A stretch of 64,000 nucleotides of DNA, from assembly GCA_965217845.1 (NCBI GenBank), contig OZ244573.1, positions 560,456 through 624,455 on the forward strand, read 5' to 3'. Source of the stretch: Chloroflexota bacterium. GTDB taxonomy: Bacteria > Chloroflexota > UBA11872 > VXNJ01. The notes beneath the pieces are model-generated. The model did no database searches. It saw only the letters and a program-made list of their open reading frames with translations, and was not told the DNA's origin. Shown here piece by piece: positions 1-8,479 of the stretch. Position 1 is the first letter of the stretch, and each line of letters starts with the position of its first letter. The translations under genes and the position numbers were made by a program.

Positions 1-139
1 GCCAGATTGCAGCGGACGCGTGTCGGCGACGCGGTCCGGATTGGGCGAACGACCGGTGGATTTGCCAGCGACGGCCGCTACCCGCGGCAGATCCTGCGCG
101 GCCAGCAGCGTGGCTGCCGATCTCCGGCTCATGCGACCT

Positions 140-1513
140 TCAGCCAACGCGGTCCGGGTCGACGAATCGGTAGACGCGGCGGGTGAACGAGATCACGTAG
201 AGCTCACCGTCGGGGCCTTCGGCAAACGAAGCGATCTGAAGGTCAGTGTCGGCAATCTGAATGTGTTCGGTTACCGCGCGACCGTCGAATCGCAGCGCCC
301 AGATCCTTCCCGAACAGAAGTCGCCATATACGTAGGCGCCGTACAGTGACGGCAGGCGCAGTCCGCGATACACATAACCCCCGGTGACCGAACAGCCATC
401 GGCGCGGCCGTATTCAGCCACCGGCGGCACCAGACCGACGCCGCTGCAGTCGCGTTCGGCAAAGCAAGCGGTTCCCTCCATGAGGTTCCAGCCGTAGTTG
501 GCCCCGGGCAGGATAAGGTCAACCTCCTCGTAGCGGTTCTGGCCCACGTCGGCGGTCCAGAGGTCGCCGGTTAGGCGGTCGAAGGAAAAGCGCCAGGGAT
601 TGCGCAATCCGTAGGCCCAGATTTCGGGACGCGCACCGGTCTGTCCGACGAACGGGTTGTCGGCCGGCACGGCATAGCCGCCGTGCGCATCGATCGCGTC
701 GATGTCGATGCGCAGGATGGTCCCCAAAAGGGTGCCAAGGTTTTGGCCGTTGCCGCCGGGATCGCCGGCCGAGCCACCGTCGCCCAAGGCGATGTAGAGA
801 AAGCCGTCCGGCCCGAACGCTATCTCGCCGCCGTTGTGGTTCGAGTGCGGCTGGGGTATCTCGAGGATGACCCGTTCGCTCTCGGGATCGGCGCCGTCAT
901 CGCCGGCGCTAAAGCGCGATACAACCGACCGCCGTGGTCCGGCGGCCGAATAGTAGACGTAGAAGTAACCGTTGCGGGCGTACTCGGGGTCAAAGGCCAG
1001 GCCCAGCAGGCCCTCCTCGTTGCCGGCGCGGCTGACGCGGTCGGTTAGGTCCAGCACAACACGATGCGAATCGGCGTCCGGATCGTTGGCGATCGAGACG
1101 ATGCGACCTTCCTGCAGCACCACGTGCAGGCGCTCCGGGTCGGCGCCCGGGTAGTACATCCCCACCATCCGGTCGAACGTGAGCGCCGGAAAGACCGGCT
1201 GCAGTTCGAGTTCGGCCAGGGGCACGCGAGCTGCCTGACCGTCGGCGATCACAACCTCGGGCGGCGACCCTTGCGGCGGTGCGATGATGGGCTCGGCCGC
1301 AGTCGGGAGGCCGGCGCGAGGTTCCCTCGGAACGATCGGCGGTTCCGGTTCCGGGGCAGGCGCGTGCGGGGTCGCGGCAGACTGGGCGCTGGGAGTGGCG
1401 GCGGGGGCGGGACCGGCTGGTCCGCAGCCGACCAGCGATCCTGCTCCCAAGGCGACCCCCAATATCACCGCCAGGGTGGTTCGCCGGGCCGCTCCGGCGA
1501 CGGATCTAATCAT
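140..1513 (-). CDS. PQQ-dependent sugar dehydrogenase (soluble glucose/sorbosone dehydrogenase family), predicted lipoprotein
   Basis: 457-aa ORF with family motifs GLLGLAFDP, HNGGEIAFGPDG and GLRNPWRFSFD. N-terminal signal with lipobox-like LVGC. Confidence 0.8.
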   Translation of the reverse strand: MIRSVAGAARRTTLAVILGVALGAGSLVGCGPAGPAPAATPSAQSAATPHAPAPEPEPPIVPREPRAGLPTAAEPIIAPPQGSPPEVVIADGQAARVPLAELELQPVFPALTFDRMVGMYYPGADPERLHVVLQEGRIVSIANDPDADSHRVVLDLTDRVSRAGNEEGLLGLAFDPEYARNGYFYVYYSAAGPRRSVVSRFSAGDDGADPESERVILEIPQPHSNHNGGEIAFGPDGFLYIALGDGGSAGDPGGNGQNLGTLLGTILRIDIDAIDAHGGYAVPADNPFVGQTGARPEIWAYGLRNPWRFSFDRLTGDLWTADVGQNRYEEVDLILPGANYGWNLMEGTACFAERDCSGVGLVPPVAEYGRADGCSVTGGYVYRGLRLPSLYGAYVYGDFCSGRIWALRFDGRAVTEHIQIADTDLQIASFAEGPDGELYVISFTRRVYRFVDPDRVG

Positions 1514-2744
1514 GTGCCGGCGAATTTATGTCTCGCCAGACGGTGGCGAATATTCCGGCGCTTAGCAGTGTGCAGGCGCCGAAGAAGATCCCCATCGCCG
1601 GGTAGCCACCGGTCGCCAGTGCGACTCCGCCCAGGGCTGCGCCGAGCATTGTTCCGCCTGAAAAGCTCACCTGCATAAGTCCGGTAATTGCACCACGGTG
1701 TTGGGGCTCCAGGTCCAGGACCGCGGCGTTGAGCGAAGTCGACCGCAGCCCTAGGCCGAACGACCAAATCGCCGACATGGCGACCGCAAATGCCGGAGCC
1801 AGCGGCAGGTTGAGCAGGATCGCCAGCGGCAGGAACACGATCAAACCCGACCCTATCAGTGCGAACGCGCGCCGCTCGGGCGGGATCCGAACCGATAGCC
1901 AGGTTGAAACTATCGCCACCGCCGGCCCGACCGTAAGCAGCAGACCGACCTGTCCGGGAGCGAGGCCATACATCTGGGCGGCAAAGGCGCCGTAATAGAC
2001 GTCGATGCCGTAGGCACCGATAACAAAAAGCACGTTGGCGGCCAGAACCGTGACCGTCACGCGCCGGCCGAGGAGGTGACGGTAGGCGCCGGTCACCGCG
2101 GCCACGACCGCCGGCAGCGACCCGCTGCGGGCCGGCAGCCGCGGGGCGAAAATCCAGGCCGCCACCATCGCCAAGGCGGAGATGAGCGATCCGGCCGCAA
2201 AGGTGGCGGCCCAGTAGAAGATCCCGGCCAAGAATCCTGATAGCAGCGGCCCGACCAGAAAGGCCAACCGGGCAACGATCAACAGCAACGCGATCATTCG
2301 ATCGCGCGGCCGGCGTTCGAACAGGTCGCCGACGGTGGCGAACATCTGTGGGAAGAAAACGCCGTTGGCCACCCCGAACAAGGCCGAACCGAGGAATAGC
2401 CCGACCAGACTCGGAAAGAACCAGACGAGAGCGCTACCGAGCGTGTGCAACCCGATGGCGACCAGGATCACCGGTCGCCGCCCGATGTTGTCGGCCAACG
2501 GCGAGATCAGCAGCGCCGCAAGAACCGAAAGAATCGTTTCCACGGTGAGCGTTTGACCCACCACGGCCACCGGGATGTCTAGATCGGCGGCGATAAATTG
2601 CGGCAGCGGGCCAAACATGCGACGGCCCACCACCATTGCAAACATCATCCACATGAATGCGGGCGTAAAGAACGGATTTAGCGGGAAGCGCGGACCCGAC
2701 TGGGTCGGGGATGTTGCGGACGCGATGGGTGCTCGTATCCCCAC
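1506..2744 (-). CDS. MFS transporter
   Basis: 412-aa ORF with about 12 hydrophobic segments and MFS motif-A-like LADNIGRRPVIL. The true start may lie downstream of the ORF-track start. Confidence 0.7.
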   Translation of the reverse strand: MGIRAPIASATSPTQSGPRFPLNPFFTPAFMWMMFAMVVGRRMFGPLPQFIAADLDIPVAVVGQTLTVETILSVLAALLISPLADNIGRRPVILVAIGLHTLGSALVWFFPSLVGLFLGSALFGVANGVFFPQMFATVGDLFERRPRDRMIALLLIVARLAFLVGPLLSGFLAGIFYWAATFAAGSLISALAMVAAWIFAPRLPARSGSLPAVVAAVTGAYRHLLGRRVTVTVLAANVLFVIGAYGIDVYYGAFAAQMYGLAPGQVGLLLTVGPAVAIVSTWLSVRIPPERRAFALIGSGLIVFLPLAILLNLPLAPAFAVAMSAIWSFGLGLRSTSLNAAVLDLEPQHRGAITGLMQVSFSGGTMLGAALGGVALATGGYPAMGIFFGACTLLSAGIFATVWRDINSPAHD

Positions 2745-2819
2745 CTTTGATCAAGCCGCCAAGATTATGCGGCCCGACTGGCGGCACAGCAGCGGCGCAA
2801 GCAATAACATTGGGCGAAT

Positions 2820-4112
2820 TTGACCCACCCGTCGGAACAAATCTTGATGATGCCCGCTGCGACGGCCACCGACTTGAACCTTGACCAGGTCGACCCCGAA
2901 GTGCACGCTGTCCTTTGCGCCGAAGAGCGTCGCCAGGTCACGGGGTTGGAGCTAATCGCTTCCGAAAACTATGCCTCGCGAGCGGTCATCGAAACCCTGG
3001 GCACGGTGTTTACCAACAAGTACGCCGAGGGCTACCCGGGTCGGCGCTATTACGGCGGCTGCGAGAACGTCGACACGATCGAGCGCCTGGCGCGCGAACG
3101 CGCCCTGGAGCTGTTCGGGGGCGACCACGTCAACGTCCAGCCGCACTCTGGTTCGGCTCCCAACATGGCCGTATACATGGCGATGCTGGAACCCGGCGAC
3201 ACCCTGATGGGGCTTTCGCTGGCCCACGGCGGACACCTGACCCACGGCCACCCGATGAATTTTTCAGGCGGGTTCTACAACGTTGTTTCCTACGGGGTCG
3301 ATCCCGAATCCGAGTTGATCGACTACGATCAGCTCGAAGCGCTGGCCTTAGAACACCGGCCCAAGCTGATCGTTTCCGGCGCTACCGCCTATCCGCGCAA
3401 GATCGACTTCGGGCGCTTCGCCGAGATCGCCGACCGGGTCGGAGCGCTGCACATGTGCGACATGGCCCACATCGCCGGCCTGGCGGCCGGAGGAGCGCAC
3501 CCCAATCCGGTCGAGCACTGTGATTTCGTCACCAGCTCGACCCACAAGTCGCTGCGCGGGCCGCGCGGTGGGCTGCTTATCTGCCGCCAGCAATTTGCCA
3601 AGCAGGTCGACCGGTTGGTCTTCCCCGGTATCCAGGGCGGGCCGTTCATGAACGTGATCGCGGCCAAGGCAGTGGCCTTTGGTGAAGCCTTGCGTCCGGA
3701 ATTTGCCGGTTATGCGGCGGCAGTGGTCAAGAACGCGGCGGTCCTCGCAGAATCGCTGGCGGCGGCCGGGCTGCGGGTAGTCTCCGGGGGCACCGACAAC
3801 CACATCGTGCTGCTCGACTTCGGCGCCGAGGGACCCTCGGGCAAAAAGATGCAGCGGGTGCTGGAAGCGGCCGCCATCACGACCAACAAAAACACCGTTC
3901 CGCGTGAGACCCGCAAGCCATACATAGCCTCCGGGATCCGCCTGGGAACCCCGGCCCTGACCACCCGCGGCATGGGGCCGGCGGAAATGCGACAGATCGC
4001 GGCCTGGATCGCGCGCGTGACCGATGCCGCCGACGATGCCAATGAACTTTCCGCAATTGCTCTCGAGGTTCGCGAACTGGCCGTCGGGTTCCCGGTCCCG
4101 GCGATCGACTAG
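2820..4112 (+). CDS. glyA: serine hydroxymethyltransferase
   Basis: LELIASENY near the N-terminus and PLP-lysine region [14 protein letters not shown]; length is typical. TTG at 2820, with alternative ATGs at 2847 and 2850. Confidence 0.95.
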   Translation: MTHPSEQILMMPAATATDLNLDQVDPEVHAVLCAEERRQVTGLELIASENYASRAVIETLGTVFTNKYAEGYPGRRYYGGCENVDTIERLARERALELFGGDHVNVQPHSGSAPNMAVYMAMLEPGDTLMGLSLAHGGHLTHGHPMNFSGGFYNVVSYGVDPESELIDYDQLEALALEHRPKLIVSGATAYPRKIDFGRFAEIADRVGALHMCDMAHIAGLAAGGAHPNPVEHCDFVTSSTHKSLRGPRGGLLICRQQFAKQVDRLVFPGIQGGPFMNVIAAKAVAFGEALRPEFAGYAAAVVKNAAVLAESLAAAGLRVVSGGTDNHIVLLDFGAEGPSGKKMQRVLEAAAITTNKNTVPRETRKPYIASGIRLGTPALTTRGMGPAEMRQIAAWIARVTDAADDANELSAIALEVRELAVGFPVPAID

Positions 4113-4157
4113 TCGCAGGGCTCTGAGAACGCCGCCCACCTACGCTTGACGCCGTAG

Positions 4158-5048
4158 ATGCACGAGGCCGCCGCGATCGTGGCCACGTTCTGCTGGGCCG
4201 CCGGGTTTGCGATAAGCCGCCCGCTGCTGGCGGAATTGAGCGTTTTCCAGACCAACCTGCTGCGCCTGCTCGGACCGGCGCTGATATTCCCGGCGCTGCT
4301 GTTGCTGTTGGGGCTGGCGCCGCGCCTGGGCGACTTCGGCTGGCACAACTACGCCGCCCTCATCGCCACCGCCGTGCTCGGCATCGGACTCACCGACGCC
4401 GGGATGTACCACGCCATGCGCCTGATCGGGCTTGCCCGCGCCTACACGATGGGCAACGTGTCCACCCTGTTCGCGGTGTTCTGGAGCTGGCTGATCCTGG
4501 GCGAGTCGATCAATCTGGCCCTGATCTGGGCCGCCCTGCTCACGTTCTGCGGGGTGGCCCTGACCAATCTGCGCGGCGGCAGCGGGCAGGGCGAAGCCGC
4601 CTACGGCTCGCGGGAATTCTGGTTCGGGGTTTTGCTGGCCGGCGGGGTGGCCTCGATCTGGGGACTGGATCTGGTGTTTATCCGCATCGGAATTGGCGAC
4701 GGCCATCCGCTGGCGGCGAACGCGGTGCGCCTGCCGGCGGCGTTGGCGGTCGCTGGCAGCGTCCTGCTACTGCGTGAGCGGCCCGGCGCCCGGCGCGGGA
4801 TGCCGACGCTCCGGCAGGCCGGCCGCGGGATTCTGGCCGGGCTCATCGGACTCGGCTGCGGGGCACTGCTGTTCTTCTATGCGATTCAAGGAATCGGGGC
4901 CGCCCGGGCCGCGGTGCTGGCATCGTTGTCGCCGATTTTTGGCTTGCTACTGGCGACGTTGTTCCTTGGCGAGAGACCCAGTCGCCGCCAGGTGCTTGGG
5001 GTGCTGCTGGCGGTGAGTGGTGTGATTCTGCTGGTGACCGCGGCCTGA
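4158..5048 (+). CDS. EamA/DMT family transporter
   Basis: 296-aa protein with about 10 hydrophobic helices and an internally duplicated architecture typical of drug/metabolite transporters. Confidence 0.65.
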   Translation: MHEAAAIVATFCWAAGFAISRPLLAELSVFQTNLLRLLGPALIFPALLLLLGLAPRLGDFGWHNYAALIATAVLGIGLTDAGMYHAMRLIGLARAYTMGNVSTLFAVFWSWLILGESINLALIWAALLTFCGVALTNLRGGSGQGEAAYGSREFWFGVLLAGGVASIWGLDLVFIRIGIGDGHPLAANAVRLPAALAVAGSVLLLRERPGARRGMPTLRQAGRGILAGLIGLGCGALLFFYAIQGIGAARAAVLASLSPIFGLLLATLFLGERPSRRQVLGVLLAVSGVILLVTAA

Positions 5049-5100
5049 GCACCGCCTTCCCGTTCGCGGATCGTTGCCGAGCCGCCGGTGAATATAGGAC

Positions 5101-7494
5101 TTGATGATGCATGACTCCGGCAGTTGCCTGGTCGCGGTGCAGCGGCGGATGCAATTGAAATCAACAATTCTTAAGTGCTTGTTCCGACTGGCGCTCGGCC
5201 GGCGTCTGCCGAAAACTTCGGGGCAAATCTCGGTGCCCGGGATCGACGCCCCGGTCACGATCGGCCGTGACCGCTTCGGTGTTCCCTACATCGAGGCTTC
5301 AAGCGATCCCGATGCTTGGTTCGGCGTCGGTTTCTGCCAGGGCCAGGACCGGGCGTTCCAACTGGAACTTCTGCTGCGCCTATACCGCGGGACCTTGAGC
5401 GAACTCATCGGACCGAGCGCCATCCCCCTGGACCGAATCTCGCGGCGCCTCGGCCTGCCGGAGGCAGCGGCGCGCCAGTCCGAACTGTCCGATCCGGAGA
5501 TTCGGTCCAATGTAGCGGCTTTTGCACGCGGGATCAACGCCGGCGTGCGGCAGGGACTGCCGCGCAAACCGCATGAATTCGTGCTGCTCCGCTCAAGCCC
5601 CACCGCCTACACACTCACCGACGTAATCGGGGCCGCCAAACTGCACGCATTGGCGCTGGCGTCGAACTGGGATATCGAGTTGGCGCGCTTTCATATCCTC
5701 TGCGCCGACGGCCCCGGGGCGCTCTCCGATCTGGATCCGGATTACCCGGCCCATCACCCGGTGGCGGTGCCACCCGGCGCCGCCCAGGGGGTGCAAACGG
5801 ATCGCCTGGCTCAGGATCTGGCGGCACTGCGTGACGCGATCGGCGGTATGGGCGGATCCAACGCCTGGGCGTTGGCGTCGCCAAAGACCGGCAGCGGACG
5901 CCCGCTGCTGGCCAACGACCCGCATCTGCGCCCAATACTCCCGCCGCACTGGTACCTGGCGCAGGTGCGCACCCCGGAGTGGTCTGTCGCCGGAGCTACC
6001 TACGTCGGCGGCCCGGCTTTTCCGGCCGGGCACAACGGTCAATGCGCGTGGGGTGTGACCGCCACCCTGGCCGATACCACCGATATGTTCATCGAGCAGC
6101 TGGGGCCCGACGGCGCGAGTGTGCGCCAGGGCGACGAGTTCGTGCCCTGCCGGGTGCGCGAGGAAGTGATCCGCATAAAGGGCGCCCCAGACGTGACCGA
6201 GCGGGTGCTGGAGACCCCGCGCGGGCCGATCGTGGCTCAGGGACCGGGAGGCGAGGCGCTGTCGCTGCGGGCAATCTGGCTCGACCCGCTGCCGCTACGG
6301 GGTCTGCTCACGGTTCACAAAGCCCGCTCATTTGCGCAGTTCCGCGACGCCTGCAACGACTGGCCGCTCTCTTCGTTGAGCATGGTCTACGCCGATTCCG
6401 CCGGCGGAATCGGCTGGCAGATGATGGGTACTGTCCCGATCCGCAAGCGTGGCTGGGGCACCCTGCCGCAGCCCGGCTGGCAATCGGATGCCGCCTGGGA
6501 ACCGGAACCGCTACCGCATCGGGAGCTGCCTTTTGCCGCCGATCCTTCCAATGGCGTGATCGCGACTGCCAACAACAGCCCGGCCAAGGACGGCGGGGCC
6601 TGGTTAGGTAGCGACTTTGTGGACGGCTACCGGGCGCGGCGGATCCTTCGGGCCCTCGACGAACGCGATGACTGGGGAATGGCCGATTCGCTGCGCCTGC
6701 AACTGGATGTTGAGTCCGAATCCTGGGCGGAGATGCGTGCCGCAATCTTGGCCGCAACGGCCACGGACCGCGACTCGGTAACGGCCCTGGAACTGCTTAA
6801 AACCTGGAACGGTCGAATGGATGTCGATTCCCCGGCAGCGAGCGTGTTCGCTGTCTTCGGCGCCGAGATGGCCACCGCGATCGCCGAAGCGCGCGCCCCC
6901 AACGCATCCGCCTGGGCGCTGGGCAGGTCTGAAGGCGGGTTTTCGCCCTACTCGCTGCTGGTCGCGCGTCGCGATGGTCTCACCGCGCGGTTGCTGCTAG
7001 AGCAACCCGGCGGCTGGTTCGAGACCGGCTGGTCACAGACGATCGGGTGGGCCCTGTCGCGCGCGGTCAGGATATTGCGCCGGCGCTGCGGCGACGATCC
7101 GAGTTCGTGGGGCTGGGGCAGGGTCCGCTCGCTGACGCTGCGCCATCCGGTCGGCGTGGGCCCCCTGCTTGGCGCGATCTTCAACCGCGGCCCCCTGCCC
7201 CTGGGCGGCGATACCAACACGATCATGCAGGCGCTGCCGCCGATAGATGACCCGCTCGCCGAGCCGCTGGTGTTTCCATCGCTGCGGATGGTCATCGACG
7301 TCGGGAAATGGGACAATTCGCGCTATTGTCTGCCCGGCGGCCAGTCCGGCAACCCCAGCTCACCGCATTACGACGACCAGTTGTCCAGTTGGCTGCGGGG
7401 TGAGGGAATTCCGATTGCCTGGCGACGGCAGGAGGTGCGGCGGGCCACTGTCGCGCGGCTACGGCTATCGCCTTTAGCGGAAGGCTTCCGCTAG
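5101..7494 (+). CDS. penicillin acylase family protein (Ntn hydrolase; possible acyl-homoserine-lactone or beta-lactam acylase)
   Basis: 797 aa. GGSNAWAL (autoprocessing site with Ser nucleophile) followed by LLANDPHL. The start could instead be the ATG at 5149 (MQLKST). Confidence 0.8.
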   Translation: MMMHDSGSCLVAVQRRMQLKSTILKCLFRLALGRRLPKTSGQISVPGIDAPVTIGRDRFGVPYIEASSDPDAWFGVGFCQGQDRAFQLELLLRLYRGTLSELIGPSAIPLDRISRRLGLPEAAARQSELSDPEIRSNVAAFARGINAGVRQGLPRKPHEFVLLRSSPTAYTLTDVIGAAKLHALALASNWDIELARFHILCADGPGALSDLDPDYPAHHPVAVPPGAAQGVQTDRLAQDLAALRDAIGGMGGSNAWALASPKTGSGRPLLANDPHLRPILPPHWYLAQVRTPEWSVAGATYVGGPAFPAGHNGQCAWGVTATLADTTDMFIEQLGPDGASVRQGDEFVPCRVREEVIRIKGAPDVTERVLETPRGPIVAQGPGGEALSLRAIWLDPLPLRGLLTVHKARSFAQFRDACNDWPLSSLSMVYADSAGGIGWQMMGTVPIRKRGWGTLPQPGWQSDAAWEPEPLPHRELPFAADPSNGVIATANNSPAKDGGAWLGSDFVDGYRARRILRALDERDDWGMADSLRLQLDVESESWAEMRAAILAATATDRDSVTALELLKTWNGRMDVDSPAASVFAVFGAEMATAIAEARAPNASAWALGRSEGGFSPYSLLVARRDGLTARLLLEQPGGWFETGWSQTIGWALSRAVRILRRRCGDDPSSWGWGRVRSLTLRHPVGVGPLLGAIFNRGPLPLGGDTNTIMQALPPIDDPLAEPLVFPSLRMVIDVGKWDNSRYCLPGGQSGNPSSPHYDDQLSSWLRGEGIPIAWRRQEVRRATVARLRLSPLAEGFR

Positions 7495-7546
7495 CGCGAT
7501 ATCGACCTTGCGCGGCGAATTGGAAAATCCGTCCCCGATTGATGTC

Positions 7547-8422
7547 TTACGGTGCAAGTGCGATTGCGGCGACCCCCAGGACGACCAGGCTGGCCCCCAG
7601 CAGACGGCCGCGCCCGAACGGCTCCTTTAGCACCAGGCTTCCCAGCAGCACCGCGATCACGATCCCGATTTCGCGCGCCGGCCAGACGTAGCTCACCTGC
7701 GCCAACGCCAGCGCCGACAGAACCAGCCCATAAGCCAGAAATGTCAGTACCGCGGCGACGATGATGGCCCGGGTGTTGGCCCGCCACGCTGCCGCCAAGG
7801 CTGCCACGCCCCGCCGCCGAACCATGTAGGGGATCAGCAGGATGCCGGTCACCAGCGCCATCAGGTGCATGTAGAGGAATGGGGCGACATAGGTCACACC
7901 GACCTTGTCCCAGATCGAGTAGACGGTGATGCAGAGCCCGGTGGCGATCGCATAGCGGGTGCCCGGTTCCCTCAATATGAGCAACGGATGCGCAAGCATC
8001 TGAGTCATGCGGCCGGACCAGTAGACGATGAATATCCCGGCCAGGATGGCGATGATGCCGACGACTGCCGGCGCCGAGACCCTCTCGCCCAGCAGCAGTA
8101 CGCCCAGGATGGGCACCAGCGCCGGGCCGGTGCCGCGCGCTATCGGGTAGACCTGCGAGAGATCGCCGCTGGCATAGCCGCGGGCCAAAAAAACAAAGTA
8201 GAACGCATGCACCAGCCCGGTTCCGGCAACGAACAGCCAGCCGCGACCGACCGGCGGGTCGGTCAACAAAATCAGCAGTGCCAACGGGGCGAATATGACC
8301 GTCATGGCAATCTGCAGCCACCAGACGAAGGCCTCGTGATCGTCGGTCCGGGTCATCAGAAAGTTCCACCCGACGTGGGCCACCCCGGAGAGCAGCACCA
8401 TGATCAGGACTGGCGTCGACAT
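7547..8422 (-). CDS. EamA/DMT family transporter
   Basis: 291-aa hydrophobic protein with about 10 helices and a two-repeat architecture. Confidence 0.65.
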   Translation of the reverse strand: MSTPVLIMVLLSGVAHVGWNFLMTRTDDHEAFVWWLQIAMTVIFAPLALLILLTDPPVGRGWLFVAGTGLVHAFYFVFLARGYASGDLSQVYPIARGTGPALVPILGVLLLGERVSAPAVVGIIAILAGIFIVYWSGRMTQMLAHPLLILREPGTRYAIATGLCITVYSIWDKVGVTYVAPFLYMHLMALVTGILLIPYMVRRRGVAALAAAWRANTRAIIVAAVLTFLAYGLVLSALALAQVSYVWPAREIGIVIAVLLGSLVLKEPFGRGRLLGASLVVLGVAAIALAP

Positions 8423-8479
8423 CGGGTCATCCTGGCGGGTCCAATCGCCTACCGGCGCCGGATCGGTGGACCGGCATTC

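Noticed and set aside
2776-2783. GACTGGCG octamer upstream of glyA, reminiscent of the ZTP (pfl) riboswitch core
   Set aside because: The rest of the motif as I remember it is absent, namely the 5' GGGUCGU context, the P2 helix and the 3' CCGCCUGGGC pseudoknot partner. The available leader is only about 75-100 nt.
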